NCBI GenBank assembly: GCA_973895155.1
Contig: OZ316891.1
Location: 31,255,112-31,319,111 of the forward strand
Origin: Marsupella aquatica
Lineage: Eukaryota; Plantae; Marchantiophyta
Reading direction: 5' to 3'
DNA length: 64,000 bases
A program made the position numbers and the translations under genes. Of the stretch, positions 26,901 through 39,200 are shown one piece after another. How positions within the stretch are numbered: the first letter of the stretch is position 1; each line of letters begins with the position of its first letter. The notes under the pieces were generated by a model. It was not told where the DNA came from. It did no database searches and was given only the letters and a program-made list of their open reading frames with translations.

Positions 26901-28974
26901 TGAATCCAAATTGGGTTTCAATGTCCGAGGATCAGGCAGCAGTCCATCAGAACCCAGTCGTCCAGGCGCTGAGGGGCTCTGGACGTCTGGTGAGAACATA
27001 TGAAAATATCAAAAGACTGATTGAGCTAGAGGAGTGAAAACAAGGCCAAACAAATTGCCGGCTTGGAATTGCTTCTCTGTGGAATGCTGGGGTGGAAGCT
27101 CTGGCAGGGACTTTGCAACGTCCAATGCATTGCTTTGTTTTGGAGGTCCTGAACCTTCAATTTGTTTCAATTTCAATCAATTCAGCTGTTCGACAAATTC
27201 TGGAGTTGGGTATTGGCGGGATGAATTCCATTCATCAGTTATTCAATTAGAACAGCAGTCGTTCTGCAGTTGGGTTGTCATTCTTTTCGCAATCCTTGCC
27301 TAAAACGCCAAATCAGCTGGCTTTACGACATTCGTACCTGCAGCAGCTGCAACGCTAAAGCAAATGGTTTTCAGTCCAACTATGAATGTGAGGTTATTTT
27401 TACAATTTGTTCATCGAATGTGCCCGGCCAATACTCAATCGATTACAATCAAAGAAGCCAGGAAAATCACAGAGTGAAGCTCGTATTGCAATGGTGTTGA
27501 GCTATCCAGCAGCAGGACGTGCAAGAATATGAGTTGTACCTTAACCTCAACACAGCACAACGATTTGTGGAGAAGGCAAGCAAGGGCGAAGGAATGCAGC
27601 ACCAAGATTACAGGAGTAGGTGTGAAAATAAAGCAATTGATCTGTGCACACTTTCGCAACGGATCTGAGACGAGGAAGTTGAGCAGCAAGAGACTGTAGC
27701 GGGAGCACTTCCACGTGATTTGCAGTGTGCTTTCCCCCTGCCCACCACAGTTTTTGCAAACCCAAAAGTTGCCCCAACTGCCAACAGAAGCCTTTGTTGC
27801 TCTTTCATCTAGGTCTGGTTTGCTATCGGGTGTAAATGGCTCGCCTGCCTTACACAATCCATGAAAGGGTAGAGACAATGTCCAGATCCATCCCGACTAC
27901 TATTAGACTAGTCACAAACAGCATTTTTTTCTAGTGGCGACAATTTGTTAGATTTCACCTCTCTCTAAAACATCTTTCCCACTTTTGGTAAAAAAATTCT
28001 GTCTTCCATTAGCCAGTTTGACCCCTAGCCCATTAGCCAGATGCTGATCTGGGAAAATTAGAGAACTAATATTTCTAGCATATTCGCCTTTGCAGAACGT
28101 GACATTAGCCAAACTAGAGAAACAATATTTCTACAGTAGCATCTTTGCAAGATTAAAAAACACATGAAGGTCCAACAAAAGCAAAACAAAATCACCAGAA
28201 AGAATCATTAAAAATACATGAAGGTCGAACAAAAACAAAACAAAATCACCATAAACGTTTGCAGTTAGTTTTCCCGTGAAAGGGGGAACTTTTGAGATAG
28301 CCTCTCAAAAACCTCATAATAAATTGTATATAGGTATGTTACTGACTGACACAATGCACGCGTGGTGCAGTCCACCCATTTATCGATCGAAATGTATTAA
28401 AGTAAGCCAACACAAAGATATCATTTTGTTCAGAACCATCCGTTTCCACCAATCCAGAAACGCCAAAAAGATATATTGTAAGAGAATTGATATTTTGATA
28501 AACAGGAGCAAGAGACAAGCACAAAATAGTTACCCGCACGGTTTGTGGATTTTGTCTTCCTATCCGTCCTCTTCTGGATTACTTGATCATTGTTCTACGA
28601 CGGCCGTTCACTTTTTAAGACAAATTTCTTCCCGACCAAGTCTAGCTTAAAACAGTGGCCCTCCGATCCAACACAAGATCTATAGAAGCACTTCGATAGA
28701 CGATTCTTGACCGTCGATGAATCTCGTATCGACTGCGACTTGAGGCCACCGTCCGTTGCGATCGTGAGCATACACGCGTACTGTTTCGACTGGATTTCTC
28801 TTATTGTGTACTTTGTATCCTTACCTTGTAAGTTGTAACGATACGATATAGTAAGTTGACCGTATCTTGACTCGACTCGCTCATCTTGACTCCGGATGTC
28901 GTTACACCACTGTAACCGGAGTTAACTGTGGGAGGAACTGTGGCAGCCGTCGCCGGCACAGTAAAGTGCAATCC

Positions 28975-29300
28975 AGCAGACCTTCTGGTAATCTGATATA
29001 GAGGCCTGTAACAGGGTTTTTTTCAGTGGCGAAAATCGGTCCAATTTCCCCAAAAATCTTTCGCTACTTTTGGCTAAAATTTGCTATTATTTCTCTATCT
29101 CATAAGCCAGTGTTCCACCAAATCACAGACCCCATTAGTCACAGCAGACCTTCTGGTATAGAGGCCTGTAACAGGGTTTTTTTTAAGTGGCGAAAATAGG
29201 CCAAATGTCCCAAAAAATCTTTCTTTATTTTTGGCTAAAATTTGCTATTATTTCTCTATCTCAGCCAGTGTTCCACCAAATCACAGATCCCATCAGCCAA
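28975..29300. repeat. Tandem duplication of ~165 bp with CCCATTAGCC sub-repeats
   Basis: CAGCAGACCTTCTGGTA...GAGGCCTGTAACAGGG...CCACCAAATCACAGA occurs at ~28975 and ~29143. Confidence 0.8.
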
Positions 29301-30121
29301 ATTTAACAGTCAGCCTTAACTTCACAGACCCCATTAGCCAAAATCTAACAGTCAGCCTTAACTCCAGGGAGATCTGACGGTCAGAAAATTAATTAAATAG
29401 TGAATCTTTTGAGCATCTTCTCGTTCACAAACCATACATTCGCCACTCTCGCGAAAAAGTAAAATCCTTAAAAAATAGGCTGCCCTGTAATAAGCTCGAA
29501 CATACACTGTCAGCGAGATATAGAGGGAGGGCAACACCGCAACTCCGCCACTGTATATTAATAGTCGCCAGGTTTAGCGGGGCGCCGTCAGTCATTATGG
29601 GGCCAGGTTTGGAGGGGCGACCTGAAACAGCGGAGAAGGAAGCAGAGCATTGGTACACAGTACACAGTACACAGATTGCACCAGACTAGGTACTAGGCAC
29701 TAGGTACTAGAGAGTACTGTAGTAAAAAGGTAGAGGCAGAGTCGAACCGAAGTATCGACGCACCCGAAGGTCGTCAGCACTCAGCAGGCTGGCGATGGCG
29801 GAACACGAGGTACTGTACAGGATGCGGCTTTGACTCACGTGCAGATTGTTCTTTTGTGCTACAGCTCTGTTCTTTCCTCGCGGCACCGTAGCATTAGGAA
29901 TGGCTGGCTCTCCTTTGGCAGCCTGCCCGTTTGCGAAATGTCATGGACATTCCGTTTGCGTGGGTCTGACTACGAAATTCGTAGCTCGACGAGACCAGCA
30001 TTTGGATTTGGGACTCATCAGTCAGCCAACAATAGCTGGAGTTGTTGGTTTGGACTCAATGGCTGGCTGGCTTGCTGTTGGAAATGAACCACACTCGAAC
30101 GAAGATGGATACAGCCACAAA

Positions 30122-30196
30122 GGGCCGGCCTGTAGCTCAGTGGTAGAGTACTATGATGTACACGGGAGGTCCTAGGTTCAATTCCTAGCCGGTCCA
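30122..30196 (+). ncRNA. tRNA-like unit inside the 5' LTR (Pol III A/B boxes; not a functional tRNA)
   Basis: A box TAGCTCAGTGG, B box GGTTCAATTCC, T-stem CTAGG/CCTAG, acceptor-like GGGCCGG/CCGGTCC+A. The anticodon arm does not pair. Confidence 0.8.
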
Positions 30197-30320
30197 TGCT
30201 GTTGAAAGTTCCAACATGGTATCAGAGCTAAAGAATAGAAATTTCCCTTGTAGCGAGTGCGGCTCAAGGGTGGGTGTTGGAAATGAACCACACTCAAACG
30301 AAGATGGATACAGCCACAAA

Positions 30321-30391
30321 GGGCCTGTAGCTCAGTGGTAGAGCACTACCATGTACACGGGAGGTCCTAGGTTCAATTCCTAGCCGGTCCA
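30321..30391 (+). ncRNA. tRNA-like unit inside the 3' LTR (Pol III A/B boxes; not a functional tRNA)
   Basis: GGGCCTG-TA-GCTC-AGTGGTA-GAGC-...-GGTC-CTAGG-TTCAATT-CCTAG-CCGGTCC-A. D and T stems are intact, the acceptor stem has G3:U70 and one mismatch, and the anticodon stem is degenerate. Confidence 0.8.
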
Positions 30392-31279
30392 TGCTGATGA
30401 AAGTTCCAACACTTGCACAGTACAGTGCAGTGCAGTACAGATCATTTCTATTGCGCCATGATTGAGAGAGAGATAAGTGACTGGTTGAGTAATCGAATTG
30501 CGAGTAATTGTGCTGGTCCTGGCATGGGATGGATGATGAGATAGATGCTAAGGATCTTCTCGGGGTTGGGATTCGATAGGTGATGGGGAATGTGAGTGAT
30601 TGACTGCTTTCCGTAAAGAAAAGGGTCAGGATAATTTCTATTGTCGAGAATTGGAGGTGAATTGTCTTATGTCCAGGTCTGTATTATTATCTTACTGGCT
30701 TGTAGTTGATGTCTTGATTCGCTTTATCGCTGCCGAGCTTTCTGTGAGCTTTCTGTGTGCTTTCTCCACAGCCCGGCCTAATATTTTATGGGCTCGGGTA
30801 GCTAGGCTGGGCTGCCCTGGCACACTCTCGGTTCTGATTGCGTGTGAGGTCGACGGTGCTGATGGTAGCGAGGTCCGCCGGGTGGTGGATTGAAATGCTG
30901 GCGAGCTAGCCTTGTTGCTCTTGAAGGAGGGGAAGGGAGGGGAGGAACTGGAGCGGAGGCGACCAGGAGAGAAGGGGAGGAGGTGCGCGATCTGAGGAGA
31001 GATTGTTTGTTGGACCGAATTTGATGTGGATCGGTAGATTGTGGAGGGGAGAAAAGGTTGAGGAAGGTGAAGGAAGTAAGGCAAGCGTTGGAGGAGGGAG
31101 AGAGGGAGAGAGGAGAACAGGAGAAGCTCCTGATGTGAAGCAGCGAGCCGGAGACCGGAGGAGTTGTTGATGCAGCACTACGAAGGTTTTGGTCAGGAGC
31201 GGAACAAGAAGAAGGAGGATTTCCTGGTGGTTGTCTGATGTGAAGTGCAGGAGCAGGAGCAGGAGCAGCGCAGAGGAGG

Positions 31280-31340
31280 ATTCATTCATTCATTCATCCA
31301 TTCATTCGTTCATTCATCCATTTATCCATTCATTCATCCA
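31280..31340. repeat. (ATTC)n microsatellite, interrupted
   Basis: Directly visible ATTC/ATCC repeats. Confidence 0.85.
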
Positions 31341-31876
31341 TCTGCTTTGGTTGCGTCGGGAGAATTGGATAGGGAACAGGAAGAAGGGACGATGGATACT
31401 ATACGTAGTTGGCGCTGAATTCTCTACTTGAGGATTCTAAGAGAGGAAGGAGAGGGTTGGGATCTTCTTCGGGTCGGCCTAAATTCAGGGGAGCGGGAGG
31501 AGGATCTCGAGAGTCTTTTCTTAGCAGGATGGTGATGAAGACGAGGGTCGATATCGATCGGCTGTGAAAGACATATCAGGGTTCTTGGCTGGGATGTCGC
31601 CTCCTCTCTTCAAGAAGGACTTTTGGACCCAGACGACCGCTTCAGAAGCGAAATTGTGATGAGGCGGAAGGACTAATCTGATGGCAGTAGAGTGGAGAAA
31701 TACATATGGAAGTTACGATATGAACCAAGGAAGAAGGTGACGTAGCAAAGTCTGAGAATTGGAGTCGATCTTGACGAGAAATACAGTACTGCTTGTAAAT
31801 CTCTGGACCACAGTAGGCAGTCGGACAGGCAGGCAAGAAAGAAGGAAAAATTGTGGCAGCGGCAGTAGCAGCAGCC

Positions 31877-34111
31877 ATGCCAATGAATGAGAAGGGGAAT
31901 GCTTTAGATAGATTGATAGGAGCGATGAAGGTTCCGACGAAACGCAGCCGGGGGGCTCTAGGACGGCAGCAGGAGGATGCTGTTCTGGCGTCCATGGAGA
32001 TCAACAATACACTGCATTCTTCCAGGATGAAAGCATTGCCTTCTTCGAGAAAACGCATGAATGGTATGGTACAGTACAATCCAGCAAAGGCCGTTCCCCC
32101 CTCCTCTGTAATGAATGAATGGATGAATGAATGAATTTCACGTTCAGCCTTCTCTACTTTGTTGGAGAGAGTAACCAGTTTTCCTACGTGTTCTCTCTGT
32201 GGTTCTTTATTATAAAGAGTAGCTAATCCCTCCGGTTCCTTATTAGCCAGAGTAGTCAATTCTCTTGTTTTCACTAGGAAGATTATTAGAGGACAGCACC
32301 TTAACCCAGTTTCTTTGCTCTCTCTAATTCCTTGCTCTCTGCACTTCCTTATTATGTGTACTTGCTTATTTTTCTGCTTTCCCTTCCTTTCCCGACTTAT
32401 TCGCTCTCCTGAATTATTCTCTCCATGTTGTCTCTCTTTCCTTTATTCTGGAGAGAAATGTCTACTGTAGTTCCCTATCAGAGAGAGAGAGAGGGCGGTA
32501 AAGAGACCGCGAGGGTGTTTTGTGAATCCTTCGCCTGCAAATAGGACATATCCCTTGTCGTTCAACATGCTCTATTGATGCCTGATGTCGGGTTCCGAAC
32601 GCCCAGCCTACCGATCCGTGGATACTCGGGTCATTGTTCAATTTACGGTGCTGTTGCTGATCTCCAAGTTTTACCTCACGTCCGAGACTGTCTGCCATTG
32701 GGATAAGTACTTATTTGAGGACCATTTTCGTCCAATGGTAGGTGTATCCATGGGGAGCGATACAGAGCACAGGGCGAAATGCTTCGGACAGTTAAATTGA
32801 GAGTAAATTTCTGATTGTTCTCTACTTGTGTTGGCTGATGATAATGTGAGAGCAGTGGATATGGAAGTGAAGCCGAGATCAGATGAGTCCCTGGTGGCGA
32901 CGCCGCCGAATGGAACGAGGACGCCAGCTCGCTTGCGGCTGTCTGTGAGCAGGAAGTCAAAAGACTCACTGGATTCGAAGGATTTCAGAGATTCCAAGCC
33001 CTTGCTGGATTATGAAGGGGAGATTAACGACAGTGATGATCATGAAGGTGTCTCGAGGGAGGCGTTTCCCTTGACTGATCGCCGGCGAGCCTTATTTGAG
33101 CCCCTGGGACCATCATTTAGGGGCCCTCGAGATACCGAAGATGAGAGTATGCTTCCTCCACCCGATTTCGAAACGGCATCTTATCCTCGAGGTTGGGTCG
33201 TGGGCAAGAAACGCAAGCTCGTCAACGTGGATGTCGTCGAGAGCATGCGCCGAATCGCTGTGCATGAGATGAATCGGAAGGTTGGTCCAGCTGTGGTCAT
33301 AGGAATTTAGCTGTCGACTCTGTCAAGCATTTTTTAATCAAGCAAAGATTAGTTTTTCCAGTTCGACTAACTTACTGTTCATGGTTATCCTCATCGGTTT
33401 CTTTCATTAAGAAAATAACGCTCAAGTGCAACACTGACTTCAATAAGGTTTTAGAAAAAGTGAATTAGTGAATTTCAAGGACATTAATGGACCCCAACAA
33501 CAGGCCGTGGCAAGAGCAAATGTTTAATGACTTCCCAATGATTCTAACTTCAGTGTTGTGAAATGCTGAAGGCGAGTGGCTTCTACCGATGATTTAAGAT
33601 CAAGATAGACCCAATCAGGAGGTCTGACAAGGAAATGCATATAACAATGTCTTTACTGTGACACTGACTTAAGGACTATGTAGAAGAGTAAATCAGTGAA
33701 ACATCTGGATATCTGAAGGGATCCAACTGGACTCCGGGGCAAGAAAATGTAGATGGTATCCAGCGTCAATGCGAGAGAAACGTCAGGGAAATTGTCGCAA
33801 GCGTGCAACATGTCATCCTGGCAATTGAAACCTAATCAAAGAACCAGTTCTTGTGTCTCTGGGTTCATGTATGCATCTCTTTGAAACTAAAATTGGTTAC
33901 TCACCCGCAGGACCGGGAGATTAATGGATTAAACGAACAATTGGAGGAGGACTCACGCACAATGGAGCATTTACAAATGCAGCTGCAGCAGGAGCGCACC
34001 AAACGCGTGCAGTGGGAGAGAGAAAATAGTATGCTCCAAGGACAAATAAACATGCTGATGAGCATGTTAAACGAAGAAGCAGAAGAAGGCGAGGAGATTC
34101 ATGGACCATGA
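31877..34111 (+). CDS. HDR1: HEADING DATE REPRESSOR 1-like nuclear coiled-coil protein, 3 coding exons
   Basis: Exons 31877-32063 (phase-1 donor G|GTATGG), 32856-33280 and 33911-34111. The joined peptide contains [43 protein letters not shown]|[14 protein letters not shown], which I recognise as the conserved HDR1 core. The first exon is less certain; an alternative ATG lies at 32861. Confidence 0.8.
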
Positions 34112-35859
34112 TATTGGTGGACATGAAATTTGGATGCAATGCAGGCAGGTTCTACCCACTCAGAGGTGTACGGAGGTTCCTGTGTTCACATACGATTGCG
34201 GAGTTGTGGTGGAGGCGTAGACAGGTACATTCTTTCTGCAAAACTAGCGAAATTGCGAGATGGTGGATGACACACGGTTTGCGTTTCTGCGTGTTGTCGA
34301 GAGGTTTATATTCCGCCATCTCTCGAACCTACCGAAATGGATGAGAACTCTGTTTTCGAAATGGAGGACTGTTTGCAAATGGAGCTGGGCATTGCGTCGT
34401 CCTCTATTGGTGCCCAAGCTACGGACATCATATATTTTTTCGCAACAATTCCATTCTCTGTTTTAATCAGTACCTGTGTCAGCTATTTTTTAAGCTTTTC
34501 AGCGTCGCCTCCCGCCGACAGCTGCGGACTATATTGCTCTCGTATATTTTTCGTAATTATCATTATAAATCAAAGAAACCCCCTCCCCAAAAACAAACAA
34601 AAAAAATTGATCACCCAGTGCTTTGAGCCTCACAGGACCCTTCATATGCCCCGCCGATTTCAACATCTCATATTGCAATATTTAGACAGCGGCTTGCTTA
34701 TTCAAGGTAGGCTCTAAATTAATGTATCAGAGGCAATTATGTGGCATGACACCAAACAATGCCTTTCTGTTCTCTTGTATCCGTCTCAGATTGAGGCTTC
34801 TCCTTACTATTCAGTGAAGTTTTCTGCAGTTATTGGCAGGTAGATTAAAATAGACACGACATTCTGCGTTGGCCTTGCTGTTAGCTTCTCGTGTGGAGGG
34901 TGTCAGTGATTAGATCGTGCTCAAGACCTCAACTGGGAACTGATTTCAACCTTCTGGCAGATTATTTCAGTGTCAAATATTAAAAAGGAGATGGGATTAC
35001 TAGACCATACATGCCCGGGCATCTGTTTGGGCTGGATTGAGAGACTCCTCAATTTATCTTTTGCGTTACATTCTTGTTGACGAGTGGTGATATGTTCCTC
35101 CTACGAGATCTTCAGGTATTAGACGGCCACAGCCAAATTTGAGCAAAAGCTAGTGTCAAAGACGATGGGAATTTTCGACAAGTCAAAAGATTGGCCTACA
35201 ACTGTCTGACACTGCCTATCCAGTCATCAACGGATGGTTTAGTGGGATGGGATTGGCAATTTATTTCGATTCACTCGAAAGTAGATTTGTTTTCTTTCAA
35301 TTCGTAAGGTCCTCGAGTTCAAATGTGTAGATAGGGCAGAATCTCCAAACCTGTTCTTCTTACCGGTATTTTGTCCCACTGACGTTATCTCCATCGCGAA
35401 GGTTTCTCAAGTTCCTCTAGTTTTCTAAATTGTATTTCGTTAATGAACATTCCTTTCCCTTTCCCGGACCGTCGTTACATGCACAGAGGGTGGTTCTTAG
35501 GAGCTGTAACCATCCTGTACACCAACAGAAGTCATTGCAAAGTGCAGCACAATCCTGTAATGCGCTGCAGCATGTCAGCTCACGATTGTGGGTGATCAGG
35601 TACCACTGCCAAAGAGAAGGAAAGCGCCATGCCAGGAGGCAGGATACCAAATTGGCAGGAGAATCAATCACAGGAGGAAAACGAAGGAAAAAGGCTGGAA
35701 GACCCTAGGAGTTGCGTCTGCTTTAGGCAGTAAGGCAGTAGTATGCGTGGACTGTACTAATGTCGTCACTCCCACCACTGGGTGACCGGGGACCACAAAA
35801 GCAGTAGTAGCTCAACTATATCAAACAAATTAAGGGGACTCGTTTTCCAAGAAAGATAT

Positions 35860-36243
35860 GTGGGCCTGGAGATACAGAAAGAGAGGTGGGGCACCACCCA
35901 TAGAAGCTCCCACAACTTTACAGAGTACTCTACGATTAGAAAACGTTTGCCGTGTGCTTGTCGAAAGTGTGGTGAGTGGCTGGGCTTGTATTTCAGGTCT
36001 CGAACTTGCCCTTTGCTTCCAAGATCCAGAAGGCCCAGTACTTCTCGATTATTTTGTAAAGCTGATCTCGGTGTGGGCCCGAAGAGACAGAAAGAAGAGG
36101 TGGGGCTCCACAGAAGCTCCCACAACTTTATCGAGTACTGTACGCTTAATTAAGAAAGCGTTTGCCGTTTACTTGTGTAAGGGTGGTGGGTGGCTGGGTC
36201 TCTTTAGCTTCCAAGATTCACAAGGCCCAGTGCTCCTCCATTA
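35860..36243. repeat. Diverged tandem duplication, period ~210 bp
   Basis: GTGGGCC..ACAGAAAGA..AGAAGCTCCCACAACTTTA..GCTTCCAAGAT..AGGCCCAGT occurs at ~35860 and ~36073. Confidence 0.8.
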
Positions 36244-39200
36244 GTTTTTCATGCTGATTCTCAACTTTTGCCCTTTCTCCTAAGATTGGATGGGCCTTGT
36301 GCTGACGTTTATGATAACTTAATAAACTTGTAACCACGAGAGAGATAAATACAAGAATGAGGGAGAGTTGTTCCCCTGGAAAATGAAGATAAGCTCTGTA
36401 AGACAAATGCCAGGCATGGTTGCTATTTACTACATAATGCAATGGTGACAAAGGCCAGCTACGGCTTTGTTGCATTTTACTAATGTGAGCCTAAAAGAGC
36501 ACTCAGTGCAAGAGATGAAGGGTGAAATGTCCAAACGACAGAAGTGTTCCAACACATTGCTCCTCCAATAAGTTTATCAATCTAATTTTACTCCTTTCCA
36601 GCTCTACTTGTTCCTTCCTAGATGTACAATATAGGTCCACACTCTACATTGTTTTTGCGTGCATCTCTACTATCATCCACAATCAACATGTGACTTTCAT
36701 GACCTCCTTTTTAGACTGAAGCCATAGGCTGCAATTTCAGTGATAACCACTTTTAAAACTATTATTTTACTGTAGCGTGTGCCTTGAAGCCCTTCCTTTG
36801 CACATGCACGGGTAATTTGGATAGTCATAACTTGTGGATTGGAGATTGTTTTGGATAGTCCCTAAATTAAATATTGAAGATTCCATGGCCAGTTTGTCAT
36901 GCACTCTACAAACTTTAGCTCATTTCCATTGAAATACCTTTTGGGGATCGCATGTGGTTCCTACAATTTTTGGTAGTTGACCTCTCGAGCCTTTAATAAC
37001 TTGTTAGACAAAGTTGAGTGATAGTGATTGGATTTTGGTGAAAGAGGCATTGCAGCTGTTAGATGAGCCTCTTCATGCCAATGCTAGCAACTTGTTCAAG
37101 CTTGAACAGAGGTTGAGAATGGATTGAACAGCTTGTTATGCAGCTTCATGCATGACAGCTACTTTGCATAGGCAGGTCATGGGGCAATATCCTTTGTGAT
37201 CAGTGACTAACATTGCCCTATTTTTCTGACTAATTAAAGCTCCTACTAACCAAAGAGTAAAAAGACTTACTCAATGGTTCTATTAGTTAAGCTTGGTCCA
37301 TTAAATAAGCAGAAAATTAGGGGGTGATTGAAGTCATTCTTGTCCGGCCCAATAATTTTCAGTAAAACATTTTGCTCAAGTCTCATTTACTGCTTCTGTG
37401 AAACCATGCAAAAATCTACAACTATAATAAGGGATCCCGCCTTTTTTCATCCTTCGTCCCAATACAAAAAAAACTTTATCAGCCCTTCCTACAAGTCCTT
37501 CGTCCCAATACAAAAAAGATTTATCAACCCTTCCTACAAGTTGCTGCCATCCTTTGGAGGTTAACTTAGTATATTTGTGGATATCATGTGCAATCCCAGC
37601 CTAGTATAATCACTTCTAATTTGTAAAAAAATGTTATAGGAATATTCTATATTTCAATAATAATGACCTATTTTACTTTTAAAAAAGGTATAATACTCTC
37701 GTTAACCCCTACAAGATTCAGTTAATTCCATCAACCATACATTTTGGGTATAGCATGTGGTTCCTACAATTTTTGGTAGTCGACCCCCTGAGTGGCCACC
37801 CTGATTAAAACATTAGCATGAATATGATTTTCTGGCTAGAGTGCTGGCTTTGAGATTACAATTGTCAGCTACCAAAATGTGTGTTGTATTTTGCCTCTCA
37901 TGGTAATTAATCCCATGCAAAAGCTGTGATCATTACTATGGAGGTTCAGCTATAGAACAGTAAGTTTCTGGCAAAGCATTGGATATGTAAATCAAGTGTA
38001 GTCAAGTGTGATACCTCACAAAATGCCCAAGGCGCTGAAAGGGTAGGTGCTTGTTTAATGTCACATGGACTGAGTGAGGGACAAATATAGCCATGGAAAC
38101 AAGTGGCAAAGCCTTTGCTTTAATGGATGAGTTTAACTCTCTAGAGTTATACAATGCCAAGGTGTCCTCATTATTTAGAATCATTTATTTAAAATATATG
38201 TCAAGTGATAGAAATTCCTTGAAATTTGCTAAAGGGATTCAATGCACAAAATTGAAATCTAAACATAGTGGGAACGAAGTTAGCAAAGAGTAGAAACATT
38301 ATTAGGGGTGCCTAGATAAATTCAAAATCTAAAGACAAACGATACACCTTGTGGTAAGGAACATTGAAATAAAAAGGTGAATCCACCAATTTTAGTTGCA
38401 TGATCAACTCTCAAGTTGACAGTACAGGTGGATGTTTATGAAAATCTCAAAAAAGAATTGGCATGCTCAGAACTTTTCATAGATTGTCCTATGGTGGGAT
38501 TTGGCTTTATATAAACAACAACTTTGCCATGTTAAAAAGCAACACGTGGGGCTAGGTTCCATGGGCATCCGGGTGTGGGGTACAAGCGTACCTGGGCACC
38601 CCAATAATCTGCAAGGCATCACTGTTATCACAGCAGGCCAAAGTTTAGGGTTTAGGAAGGCTCTTCAAAAATTTTTAAATAGAAGTTTCTTAAATATCCT
38701 GAGAACGTTGATTTGCCAGGTGTTGCTCTGACTTAAAGAGCTATAATTTTGCAAGGTCAATCTTAATCTGCAAAGATTTAACAATCCGTTCCAATATGTC
38801 AAATAAATAACGTACCCTAAACCTCCGTTATGGTATAATTTTCAGTAAAAGTTTTCTGGAAATGTACCAGCAAAATGGCCAGTGTGAAGGGCAATTTGCC
38901 AATCCACTCTTTGTGGGGTGGCACTTTCATGCGTAGTACAAGGCAGGAAATCATGTTCAAAGAATTTTTGAAGCTGCTATATGGTGTGAATGCACATTTC
39001 AGATTTTGTCTTATTCATATTTTTGTGTCATGTATTTTCATTTCAATCTGCCTTATCAAGGGGCAGCCTTTGTATTCTATACATTTTTAATTAAATTTTA
39101 GACCCCTTTAGTTTTAGATATTCTAGAGTGTTTTGAACTTATTTTGGCAGCCCGCCCCCTTTCACAGTATGTGTTTTCTTAGAGATGAAACCAAAGGCTC

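Larger units (their letters stand above)
30076..30411 (+). mobile_element. Complete non-autonomous miniature LTR retrotransposon (TRIM) with tRNA-derived LTRs
   Basis: 5' LTR 30076-30216 and 3' LTR 30275-30411, both TGTTGGAA...TTCCAACA. PBS TGGTATCAGAGC at 30217-30228 (initiator-Met type). PPT AAGGGTGGG at 30266-30274. TSD CTTGC at 30071-30075 and 30412-30416. Confidence 0.95.

Noticed and set aside
30191-30228. Self-priming of the TRIM by its own tRNA-like RNA
   Set aside because: The unit ends ..CCGGTCCA, which complements only the first TGG of the PBS. The PBS matches the standard initiator-Met tRNA 3' end instead.
30122-30391. Two tandem functional tRNA genes
   Set aside because: The anticodon stems do not pair, there is no downstream T-run terminator, and both units are embedded in LTRs bounded by a TSD.
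31642-32274. 210-aa minus-strand ORF
   Set aside because: Antisense to the first HDR1 exon, runs through a microsatellite, and has no domain signature.
36560-38470. hAT transposase remnant
   Set aside because: Only vague motif resemblance in stop-riddled frames plus a 28-bp repeat (36950 and 37752); insufficient evidence.
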